DNA from: Acidimicrobiia bacterium
Lineage (GTDB): Bacteria; Actinomycetota; Acidimicrobiia; Spongiisociales; ZC4RG35
Direction of reading: 5' to 3'
Assembly: GCA_036555105.1 (NCBI GenBank)
Contig: DATBMA010000062.1
Span: 7,063 to 71,062 of the forward strand
DNA: 64,000 nt
Below, in pieces: positions 36,705-45,115 of this stretch; within the stretch, counting starts at the first letter, position 1; every line of letters starts with the position of its first letter. The position numbers were made by a program, and so were the translations under genes. The notes beneath the pieces were generated by a model. The model had not been told where the DNA came from. It saw only the letters and a program-made list of their open reading frames with translations, and searched no databases.

Positions 36705-37636
36705 TGCTCGGCCTCGTCCTGAGCCGTGATCTGGAGGAAGATCTCCTCGAGCCCGGCCGCGTCGAGCCTCCACTCCGAGACCGGGACCCCGGCCTCGACC
36801 AGTCCGGCCAGCAACCTCGAGGAGACCTCGTCGTCTCCCGCCATCATGAAGCGCAGGCGCCCTCGTTCGACGTCGACCTCGGACACCGCCGGGTCCCCGT
36901 TGACGATCTCGAGCGCCTGGTCGACCTGCTCGTCGGGGAGGCGCGCCACCACCCGGCGTCCTGACACCAGTGCGGAGCGAATCTGGTTGAGGTCGCCGAA
37001 TGCGCGAACCTTCCCCCGGTCGACCACCGCCAGATGGGTGCAGATCCCCTCGAGCTCGGAGAGGATGTGGGAGCTGATCACCACTGTCTTGCCCATACGG
37101 CTCAGCTCGGCGATCAGCTCGCGCAGCTGCACCCTGGCCCGCGGATCGAGCCCCGACGCCGGCTCGTCCAGGATCAGGAGGCGGGGGTCGTGTACCAACG
37201 CCCGCGCCAGGGAGAGCCGCTGCTTCATGCCGCGTGAGAGGGTGTTCACTTCGGCATCTGCCTTGTGGTCCAGATCGACCAGACCCAACAGGTCTTCGGT
37301 GACCGAGAGAATCTGATCGCCGGGGACGTGCTGAGTCGAGGCGAAGAACTCCAGGTACTCCCGGGCGGTGAGGTGGTCGTAGAAGCCGAAGAAGTCGGGC
37401 ATGTAGCCGAGGACCTTGCGCACCTTCTCGGGGCTGTGCTGCGGGTCCTCCCCGGCCACGGTCACTGAGCCGCCATCGCGTCCGAGCAAGGTGCTCATCA
37501 CCAACATCGAGGTGGTCTTCCCCGCTCCGTTGGGCCCGATGAGACCGACCACCGAGCCCTCTTCCACCTCGAGGTCGAGGCCGTCGAGCGCCTTCAGCCC
37601 CCCGTAGCGCTTATCGACCTGTTGCATCGAGATCAT
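36701..37636 (-). CDS. ABC transporter ATP-binding protein.
   Basis: The start was set at ATG 37636 (reading MISMQQVDKRYGG). It has Walker A GPNGAGKTT, the ABC signature LSRGMKQRL and Walker B LLILDEPASGLD. The 404-codon upstream extension in the track ORF is unsupported. Confidence 0.85.
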   Translation of the reverse strand: MISMQQVDKRYGGLKALDGLDLEVEEGSVVGLIGPNGAGKTTSMLVMSTLLGRDGGSVTVAGEDPQHSPEKVRKVLGYMPDFFGFYDHLTAREYLEFFASTQHVPGDQILSVTEDLLGLVDLDHKADAEVNTLSRGMKQRLSLARALVHDPRLLILDEPASGLDPRARVQLRELIAELSRMGKTVVISSHILSELEGICTHLAVVDRGKVRAFGDLNQIRSALVSGRRVVARLPDEQVDQALEIVNGDPAVSEVDVERGRLRFMMAGDDEVSSRLLAGLVEAGVPVSEWRLDAAGLEEIFLQITAQDEAEQ

Positions 37637-39720
37637 CCGGCTGCTCCCCAGTCGAGAGAGAAGGCCATGGGTGTGAACATCATCTCGAACATGTCGGGGT
37701 CGGGGTTGTCCGGGTCCTGAGCGAGAGCTCGCAACAGGTACTCGCCGGACGACGAGCGGTGGGTGGTGGCATCGAGAGATGCCCCTACCTCCACCGACTC
37801 GTAGGTCGACGTCGCCCAGTTGTAGGCCTCGAGCTTGCCGGGGAACTGCCCGAAGAAATTCTGCATCGACAGCGTCGGGTTGCCCGCCTCTGCCGGCACG
37901 TGGAAGCTCATCGTGATCTCGTCGGTGGAGAAGTTCACATAGCCGGCCCCGCGCTCGACATAGGAAGGGGATCCGGCGTCGACCACGGTGGCGGCTGCCC
38001 GATTGCTCGAGTACTCGAGGGGCACCAGGATCAGCGTCCACCCCGAGACCTGGCGGGGGGCGCCGTCTAGTTGGAGGTCGAGCTTCAGGTCTTCGACGTA
38101 GGCGAACACGTACTCGCCGTTGGTGGCCGCGAGGGCGGCGGCGGCCGTGCTCAACCCGTTGTATCTCTGCCAGGCCAGATCGTCGAGCGGCTGGCGGCTC
38201 TGCATCACCGCGTCCCCGATTTGGGAGAACATCATGTTGGGGATCAGGGAGGTGGTGACCGTCCCTTCCTCGCCGGTGGCCAGGGGCTGGAGCGCCACGT
38301 CTACCTGGCCACCCCTCACCACTCCCCATGCCCACAGGTCCCATGGGCTGGTGTTGGCCACCGTCACCTCGATGCCGTTCCCGCCCTCTTGCAACTCGGT
38401 GGTGATCGTGGGCAGCGCCACCGCCGGGCCTGGCCAGCTTGCCTGCAAGCCGGCAGACTCGAGCTCGCCAAGGTCGAACTCCATCGAGGTCGGACCCACT
38501 TTGGTGGCGCTGGGAGACGCCAGCACTCCTGACATGTCGGTCACCCCACCCGGGTATGCCCGCCAATCGGCGGGAAGCCCGATCTCGTGGTGGCCTCCAC
38601 CTCCACTGGCCAGGACCAGGGCGGTCTGGGCAGTCAAGGCGTCGCCGGTACCCACCAGCACCGTGGCGTGATTCATCACATTGGTCTCCAGCCGCTGCCG
38701 CCCTGCCACCCAGAACCCGGCCAGGGCGAGCAGAGAGATGGCAGGGATGGTGATCCAGGCCAGCTCCCGACGGTGAAAGCGCTTCAGCACCAGCATGTTG
38801 ACCGGGCCGAGGACAACCGCCAGCAGGACTACCGCCGCCAGCAGCCACGGCAGCTCCGGAACTCTCTGATCGGTGGCGGCGGTGGCAGAAGACATCAGCT
38901 GCTGGTCGGGGGTCTGCCAGCTGTCACGGAAGGCGACCTCGACCGGCGACGGCCTCAGGACCTCGGCCCATTGCTCTGCGTCGATGGCGCCGATGGCGGC
39001 GACGGTTATCACCTCCCCCTGTCCAACGCGATAGATCGTGGCGTCGGCCTCGGCCTGGGGATCTCCGGCCCCAGGGTCGATGCCGATGCGAGAGAGCGAG
39101 TCGGATTCGATCACGAGCCGGCCCCCCTGATGCAGCCAGCGCACCGCCGAGGGGGGCAGCTCAACCGGGTCGGCCAGGACCAGATAGGCGATCGGGTCGA
39201 GGTAGCCGTCGAGCGAATCGGCGGCGAGGTCGATCGGGACCACAGGTCGCTCGGTGACGATCGACTCGACCCGCTTGAGCAGGCCGTCGAGCTCCGGGGC
39301 GCCAACCACTCCCACCAGGGTCTCGTCCTCAGGCACCTTGAGCTGGGTCGACTCATCGGCCACCACTTGGCCGTCCACCAGGAGCCGAACCCGCACCGCC
39401 TCCCGGGCCAGTGGGGCCGGGACCACCGAGGTGTAGGTCTTGACTCCGGCGGCCGGCACCTCGACCGGGATGTCGACGGTGCTGTCTCGAAGCTTGACCT
39501 GGAGGGTGCCGGAGATGAGGACGTCACTGCTGATGGTGACGCTCACCTCCACCGGCCGCTGGGGGTGGACATAGCCGCTCACCCCTGCTGCGATCGCGAT
39601 GGTCACGGGCGTCTGGGCTGCGCCCGCCGCGGCCGCCGGGCCAAGGAGTATCGAGCCGAGCACGACCGCGAGGAACCGCACGGTCGTAAGACGAATGCGG
39701 CGGGTGGCAGGTTCCCGCAT
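37633..39720 (-). CDS. Large exported/membrane protein, possibly a GldG-like ABC-associated auxiliary component.
   Basis: The start was set at ATG 39720 (reading MREPATRRIRLTTVRFLAVVLGSILL), which gives a signal or TM segment. It has internal TM segments (LPWLLAAVVLLAVVLGPV; ITIPAISLLALAGFWVAG). Its stop overlaps the ATPase start as ATGA. Confidence 0.5.
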   Translation of the reverse strand: MREPATRRIRLTTVRFLAVVLGSILLGPAAAAGAAQTPVTIAIAAGVSGYVHPQRPVEVSVTISSDVLISGTLQVKLRDSTVDIPVEVPAAGVKTYTSVVPAPLAREAVRVRLLVDGQVVADESTQLKVPEDETLVGVVGAPELDGLLKRVESIVTERPVVPIDLAADSLDGYLDPIAYLVLADPVELPPSAVRWLHQGGRLVIESDSLSRIGIDPGAGDPQAEADATIYRVGQGEVITVAAIGAIDAEQWAEVLRPSPVEVAFRDSWQTPDQQLMSSATAATDQRVPELPWLLAAVVLLAVVLGPVNMLVLKRFHRRELAWITIPAISLLALAGFWVAGRQRLETNVMNHATVLVGTGDALTAQTALVLASGGGGHHEIGLPADWRAYPGGVTDMSGVLASPSATKVGPTSMEFDLGELESAGLQASWPGPAVALPTITTELQEGGNGIEVTVANTSPWDLWAWGVVRGGQVDVALQPLATGEEGTVTTSLIPNMMFSQIGDAVMQSRQPLDDLAWQRYNGLSTAAAALAATNGEYVFAYVEDLKLDLQLDGAPRQVSGWTLILVPLEYSSNRAAATVVDAGSPSYVERGAGYVNFSTDEITMSFHVPAEAGNPTLSMQNFFGQFPGKLEAYNWATSTYESVEVGASLDATTHRSSSGEYLLRALAQDPDNPDPDMFEMMFTPMAFSLDWGAAG

Positions 39721-39730
39721 GTAGCTCAAG

Positions 39731-40333
39731 CTATTTCTTCGAGCGTTGGTAGTAGGGATTGCTCCCTGCTCCATGGTCCGTCACGTCGACGACCTCGGTC
39801 AGCTCCGGTATCGCCTCGCGCAGAATGCGATCGATCCCCTGGCTCAGCGTCACCTGGGCGAGGCCGCATCCCTGGCAGCCGCCGCTCAGGCGCAAGTAGG
39901 CCACGGTGCCATCCACCGAGACCAGCTCGGCTGCCCCGCCATGCATCGCAATCGAAGGGTTGACGCTCTCTGTCAGCACCCTGGCAACCTGGTCGGCCAG
40001 CGGGCCCTCGAGGTCGCCTGGCACTGCCGCCATCGCCGGGCTCGGGCTGTTGGGGTTGTTCATTGACAGACCCTCGTCGGTCAATCCGAGCGAGGCCCCC
40101 TGGAGGTTGGAGACGTCGCGCTCGAACACGATGACCGCGAGGTCGTCGTGGCGCTCGAGTACCTGGTCGTCCTGCAGGTCGGCGACCGGGATGAAGGCGA
40201 GATCGTAAGAGAACTGCCCTCCCCGCACTCCGGTGATCTCGAGTAGGAGTCCTACCTCCCCCTCCGTCCCTTCCTGGTCCCGGAGGCTGCGGATCATCTG
40301 CAGGGCATCCGCTTCGACTGTGAGGATGGCCAT
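39731..40333 (-). CDS. nfuA: Fe-S cluster biogenesis protein NfuA-like (an IscA/HesB-like N-domain plus a NifU C-domain).
   Basis: It has a C-terminal GGCQGCGLA (CxxC NifU motif) and is 200 aa long. Confidence 0.65.
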   Translation of the reverse strand: MAILTVEADALQMIRSLRDQEGTEGEVGLLLEITGVRGGQFSYDLAFIPVADLQDDQVLERHDDLAVIVFERDVSNLQGASLGLTDEGLSMNNPNSPSPAMAAVPGDLEGPLADQVARVLTESVNPSIAMHGGAAELVSVDGTVAYLRLSGGCQGCGLAQVTLSQGIDRILREAIPELTEVVDVTDHGAGSNPYYQRSKK

Positions 40334-40392
40334 GAGACTTCAATGGTACCGGACCGACCCCCCTAGACCCCCCTCGTCATTAGCGTTGCCTG

Positions 40393-41631
40393 GTGCCGCG
40401 AGTCCTCCTCGTGCTCCCCACTTCCACCTATCGCGCCAGTGACTTCCTGGAAGCCGCGGCCGAAGCCGGGGTGGAGGTGGCAGTGGCGGCAGAGGCACCG
40501 CTCCCCCTGATTCCCGAGGACCGATTCGTCCTGATCGACTGCTCACGCCCAGAGCACGCCGCCGAGGAGATCGCCGACTTCCTGGCGAGAACGCCCGTCG
40601 ATGCGATCGTGCCGGTGGACGATGCCGGCGTGGTGGTGGCGGCTCTTGCAGCCGATCGCATGGGGATGGCCCACAACCCACCCGAAGCGGTTGCCGCCAC
40701 CCGCAACAAGGTCCAGATGCGCAGGCTCCTCGACCGATCCGAAGTCCCCCAACCGACTTTCCGATTGCTCGGTCAGAGTGATGACCCCTCCGAGGTGGCC
40801 GAGCAGGTGGGGTATCCGCTCGTGGTCAAGCCGCTCGGGCTCTCCGGGAGCCGCGGGGTGATCAAGGTCACATCTCCATCCGACCTGGAGCAGACGGTCG
40901 AGCGAGTCCGCCTGATCAACATCACCTCGGGCTCGAGCCCTTCCGAGCCACTCCTGATGGAAGCTTTCATGCCGGGCCCTGAGGTTGCGGTCGAGGGCCT
41001 GGTATGGAACGGGCGCCTCGAGGTCCTGGCCGTGTTCGACAAGCCAGAAGCGCTGGACGGGCCCTATTTCGAGGAGACCATCATGGTCGCCCCCTCCACC
41101 CTCCATCCCGAGATGCTGGAGGAGGTCGAGCGGGTGGCCGGCCTGGCAGTATCGGCAATAGGCATCGCCAACGGTCCCGTCCACGCCGAGCTCAGGATCA
41201 CCGATGGCCGGGTCGGGGTGCTCGAGGTTGCGGCCAGATCGATTGGGGGCCTCTGCGGGCGCACCCTTCGCTTCGGTCTGTCCGGCGACAGCCTGGAGAG
41301 CCTCATCATCGAGCAGGCGTTGGGCAAGCCCCAGGACGGCAGACGGCTGCTGGGCAGCACCGGGGTGCTGATGATCCCCATCCCGGCCGGCGGCAGGTTG
41401 GCCGGCGTCGATGGGATAGGTGAGGTATCGGCGCTGCCGCACGTGACCGGGGTCGAGATCACGGTCCCGGTCGGGAGCAGGATCCGCCCTGTGCCCGAGG
41501 CCGACCGCTATCTCGGGTTCGTCTTCGCTCGCGCGCCAGATCCGAAGACCGTCACCGACACTCTGCTGGCCGCCAAGCGCATGCTGGTCGTGCTGATCGA
41601 GCCTCCTACGACTTCAGCCCCCAGCGCGTGA
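40393..41631 (+). CDS. ATP-grasp domain protein (predicted carboxylate-amine ligase).
   Basis: It has a GTG start. It has a pre-ATP-grasp N-domain and an ATP-grasp core (VVKPLGLSGSRGV...; E/N-rich Mg-binding region). Confidence 0.6.
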   Translation: MPRVLLVLPTSTYRASDFLEAAAEAGVEVAVAAEAPLPLIPEDRFVLIDCSRPEHAAEEIADFLARTPVDAIVPVDDAGVVVAALAADRMGMAHNPPEAVAATRNKVQMRRLLDRSEVPQPTFRLLGQSDDPSEVAEQVGYPLVVKPLGLSGSRGVIKVTSPSDLEQTVERVRLINITSGSSPSEPLLMEAFMPGPEVAVEGLVWNGRLEVLAVFDKPEALDGPYFEETIMVAPSTLHPEMLEEVERVAGLAVSAIGIANGPVHAELRITDGRVGVLEVAARSIGGLCGRTLRFGLSGDSLESLIIEQALGKPQDGRRLLGSTGVLMIPIPAGGRLAGVDGIGEVSALPHVTGVEITVPVGSRIRPVPEADRYLGFVFARAPDPKTVTDTLLAAKRMLVVLIEPPTTSAPSA

Positions 41632-42691
41632 TGCGCGGCCGATGATGGCCGAGTGACGAGCGATCCGACACCCATGGGGCGTATGGGGCCATGGTCAGCT
41701 CGGCCAGCTCCAGCAGGACCGTGTCGTAGTTGACTCTCCAGCCGGCAAAGTCCCGCCACGCCTGCTCGCGATCAACCACCACCGGCAGGCCGGCCTCGGC
41801 CAGGTGATCCAGGGCGTCGTCGAACTCGGCCCGGCCGATCGAGATCGGATCCGTGGGCGCAGGGTCGGGATCGAACTGGATGCCGAAGAATGCGGCCACC
41901 CTTCTCAAGGCCAGGTATCCGGCCCGGATGCACAGCGGGGCCTGGGGGTCACGCGGGTGCTCGATGGCGGCCAGCCAGATGCCGGCCGAGTCGAGGACGG
42001 TGCCGGCCGCCGTCACCCATGACCGATCGGGCTGCGGCGATCGGAACCAGGTGAGCGCCGGGTAGGTGAGGTGGCTTTCTTCTATGTGGGCGAACCAGGC
42101 CTCCCAACGCTCCCAGGTGCTGGAGAGGTCCCTGGTCCAGCCGATGATGTGGAAGCGGGTCAGCAGCTCCACCGCGGTGGGCGGTGAGCCGGCCCTCACC
42201 TCGAGCAGATTGACCGCCTGCTCGCGGCGGGCGAAGGCGCTGTAGATGGCAGGGAGGAAACTGATCAGGAGGGCCAGGAGGCCGAGGCCGAGAGCGGCCT
42301 CAGTCGTTGCTAACACGTGGTGGACTCCGCTTTCCAGCGGCACCGAGCCCAAGGTCAGCAGGGACGACGCCGACGCCCAGCCCGACTCGCCGAAGTCGCC
42401 AAACCCGGTCGCCCAGAAGAGGGTCGTGTAGCCGAGGCCGACCAGGCTCAGCCAGGCGATCGGCAGCAGCATGAGCGTGACCGGGGCGTAGAGCGCCATC
42501 ACCCGGTCGCGTTGCCCGAACGAGCGCCGCTCCGACGCCAGCGATCGGAACACACCGGCGGAAGTGCGAAAGATCAGCTGGGTGATGAGCGAAGCATCGG
42601 CTCGCGGCAGTACCACCGTACGTATCGCCGAAAGCAGGGTCACAATCACCAAGCCGACACCTGCCACTGCCACCAGCCATCGCGCCCACAT
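41606..42691 (-). CDS. Hypothetical membrane protein with four N-terminal TM helices and a soluble C-domain.
   Basis: It is a 361-aa ORF with a hydrophobic N-terminal third. It lies downstream of pfkA on the same strand. Confidence 0.45.
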   Translation of the reverse strand: MWARWLVAVAGVGLVIVTLLSAIRTVVLPRADASLITQLIFRTSAGVFRSLASERRSFGQRDRVMALYAPVTLMLLPIAWLSLVGLGYTTLFWATGFGDFGESGWASASSLLTLGSVPLESGVHHVLATTEAALGLGLLALLISFLPAIYSAFARREQAVNLLEVRAGSPPTAVELLTRFHIIGWTRDLSSTWERWEAWFAHIEESHLTYPALTWFRSPQPDRSWVTAAGTVLDSAGIWLAAIEHPRDPQAPLCIRAGYLALRRVAAFFGIQFDPDPAPTDPISIGRAEFDDALDHLAEAGLPVVVDREQAWRDFAGWRVNYDTVLLELAELTMAPYAPWVSDRSSLGHHRPRITRWGLKS

Positions 42692-42748
42692 CGGCAGCCA
42701 CGATAGATGTGGGGGGCTTGCGCACTCCGGACGCGCGGATTTGCAGGC

Positions 42749-43843
42749 CTAGAGGCTGAGCACGCCCTGGATGGCTTCCATCCTTCGCATCCGGTCCTGG
42801 GTCACCGCACTCGATCCATCGAGCAACGCAGCCGTCTCCTCCAGCACCGACTCGAAGCTGAAGAGGCGAATCCACGAATCGGAGGTGGGCTCGCCGAGAT
42901 CTGTGAGGTTCCAGCCCGCCATCTTGTCGGTCTTGCCCGCCAGCACCGCCTCCACTGCCACCAAGCCGTAACGGCCGGCGAGCAGGCGATCGCGAAACGA
43001 CGGGCTGCCTCCCCTGACCAGGTGCCCGAGCACCGTGCCCCGCACCTCGGCGTCGTAGCCTGGTCCGAGCCGGTTCTGCACCTCGGTGACCAGCTCGTGG
43101 GTCGGGATGGTCACACCCTCAGCCTTGATGATCAGCACCAGGTTCTTGTCCCGGGTGGCATCGAAGCTCCGCCGGATCGAGTCGGCCACCGAGGAGATCG
43201 CCTCTTCCGGAGTGCGATTCTGTTCGGGCAGCAGCACGGCGTCGGCCGCTGCCGCCACCGCCGATGACATCGCCAGGTAACCGGAGTGGCGGCCCATCAC
43301 CTCGACGATGAACGCGCGGTGGTGGCTGCGGGCGGTATCACCGATGCGGTCGCAGGCCTCGACGATCGTGTTGAGGGCCGAGTCGACGCCAAGCGACTCG
43401 CGGGCCAGGCCTATGTCGTTGTCGATCGAGGCCGGGATTCCGATGATCGGCACCGAGCACTCATTGGCAAGGGCGTGGGCCCCGGCCATGGTGCCGTTTC
43501 CGCCGATGACCAAAAGGCCGCCGACTCCTCGCTCTTCCAGTTGGGCCACGGCCGCGGCCCGGCCCGGCCCTCCATAGAAGCGCCCGCAGCGGGATGACCC
43601 GAGCACGGTTCCCCCCAACCCGCCCATCGTCTCTACCTCCGGCACCGGGTTGAGGCTGCCGCCGGCATCGAGCCTGCGGGTGAGCTGCCTGAACTCCCCG
43701 TCGATCAGCCCGTCGTAGCCCATCTCGATGCCCCACACCTCCACCCCGCGGGCGGCGGCGACCTTGGTGACCGAGCGGATCGCCGCGTTCATCCCCGGGG
43801 CATCTCCGCCCGAGGTCAGCACGGCGAGTGAAGTCGCGGTCAT
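42749..43843 (-). CDS. pfkA: 6-phosphofructokinase.
   Basis: The start was set at ATG 43843 (reading MTATSLAVLTSGGDAPGMNAAIR). It has the PFK motifs GGDGS and MGR. Confidence 0.85.
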   Translation of the reverse strand: MTATSLAVLTSGGDAPGMNAAIRSVTKVAAARGVEVWGIEMGYDGLIDGEFRQLTRRLDAGGSLNPVPEVETMGGLGGTVLGSSRCGRFYGGPGRAAAVAQLEERGVGGLLVIGGNGTMAGAHALANECSVPIIGIPASIDNDIGLARESLGVDSALNTIVEACDRIGDTARSHHRAFIVEVMGRHSGYLAMSSAVAAAADAVLLPEQNRTPEEAISSVADSIRRSFDATRDKNLVLIIKAEGVTIPTHELVTEVQNRLGPGYDAEVRGTVLGHLVRGGSPSFRDRLLAGRYGLVAVEAVLAGKTDKMAGWNLTDLGEPTSDSWIRLFSFESVLEETAALLDGSSAVTQDRMRRMEAIQGVLSL

Positions 43844-43923
43844 TGGAGGTCCGAGGCCATTGGTCACGAACACGGTACCCACGCCTGCCGGCGGCCCTAG
43901 GATCCGCGCGACGAGAGGCGGTG

Positions 43924-45093
43924 ATGCGTAGGCACGCACTGGTCCTGACAGCGGCCTTAGCCCTCGCCGCGTGCGCCCCCGCTTCCGAAGAAGTGGAGCC
44001 TGCACTGATGGTGCAGGGACCGCAAGGCTCGCTCGCCACCCTCGACTCGGCCGGGATGATCACCGACCTCCTCGAGGAAGGGGCGGGGAAGGTGGCCCTC
44101 CAGCCCACCTGGGGACCGGGAGGAGAAGCCGCGTGGACCGAGCTCAGTGGCAGCGACGCCGAGGTCGCCATCCTTCGGGAAGGCGAGGTCAATCGCTATC
44201 CGTCAGGCCACTCGCCCTTCTATTACGCCTGGAGCCCCGATGGTGAGAGACTCGTTCACCTCGGCTCAACGGTCCCGGGGGTGATCGACCTCACGCTCGT
44301 CAACGTGGATGGCGGGGGCGAGCGAGCGCTCGACCAGGGAGGGCCGTACTACTTCGACTGGGCCCCATCCTCGGACCGGCTGCTGGCGAACATCCAGAGC
44401 AGCAGGCTGGCGCTGGTCGATGTCGATGGGAATGCGACCGACCTGGCGGTGGCAGTGGCTCCGTTCCAAGCCCCGGAATGGGTGGGAGACCACGAGGCGG
44501 TCGTGGTGATCAGGCGAGCCGACAGCGGCACAGCCGGCCTCGGCGAAGCGGCCGCAGCCCAGCTCGAGGTAGACGTGCTGGCGGTGATCGCCGACGATGG
44601 GTCGATAGTCCGCGAGCTGGCGACGCTTCGTGGATCCGCGGCATTCACTGTCGACCCGCAGCAGGAACGGGTTGCCTACACCGACACCGTGGGGCGGCGC
44701 TCGTACAGCCTGGGGCCACTGTATGTGGTGCCGCTGGCGGGCGGGGAGCCCGAACAGATCAGCGAAGACCGCGTCATCGCCCACCAGTGGAGCCCGAACG
44801 GGCGGCGCCTCCTCTACATGACCTTCGTAGAGGACATCGCCGGGCTGGCCCCCCACGTCTGGGAGGACGGAGTGCAGACCCAGTTCGAGGCATTCGTGCC
44901 CACCCAGACCTTCGCGCAGAACTACCTCCCATTCTGGGATCAGTACACCCGGTCGTTGTCTCTGTGGGCACCAGACTCGGAGTCGTTCGTCTACCCGTCG
45001 GTTGATGGGGTGAAGACCCAAAAGATGGGGGACGATTCACCCGAGATCCTGGCCGAAGGCGAGTTCGCCACCTGGAGCGTCGCCGCCGGCTGA
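43924..45093 (+). CDS. TolB-like beta-propeller lipoprotein (PD40 repeats).
   Basis: The start was set at ATG 43924 (reading MRRHALVLTAALALAACAP), which gives a lipoprotein signal. It has repeated WSPDGERL, WAPSSDRL, WSPNGRRL and WAPDSESF motifs. Confidence 0.7.
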   Translation: MRRHALVLTAALALAACAPASEEVEPALMVQGPQGSLATLDSAGMITDLLEEGAGKVALQPTWGPGGEAAWTELSGSDAEVAILREGEVNRYPSGHSPFYYAWSPDGERLVHLGSTVPGVIDLTLVNVDGGGERALDQGGPYYFDWAPSSDRLLANIQSSRLALVDVDGNATDLAVAVAPFQAPEWVGDHEAVVVIRRADSGTAGLGEAAAAQLEVDVLAVIADDGSIVRELATLRGSAAFTVDPQQERVAYTDTVGRRSYSLGPLYVVPLAGGEPEQISEDRVIAHQWSPNGRRLLYMTFVEDIAGLAPHVWEDGVQTQFEAFVPTQTFAQNYLPFWDQYTRSLSLWAPDSESFVYPSVDGVKTQKMGDDSPEILAEGEFATWSVAAG

Positions 45094-45115
45094 CCTGACC
45101 GGATATGGTCGGCGG

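Noticed and set aside
36701-38848. The 715-aa ORF read as a single fusion protein (a large N-terminal domain fused to the ABC ATPase).
   Set aside because: The first 404 codons are out of frame with the well-supported GldG-like gene on the same strand and have no family features. The ATPase domain begins cleanly at MISMQQVDKRYGG (37636) with ATGA coupling.
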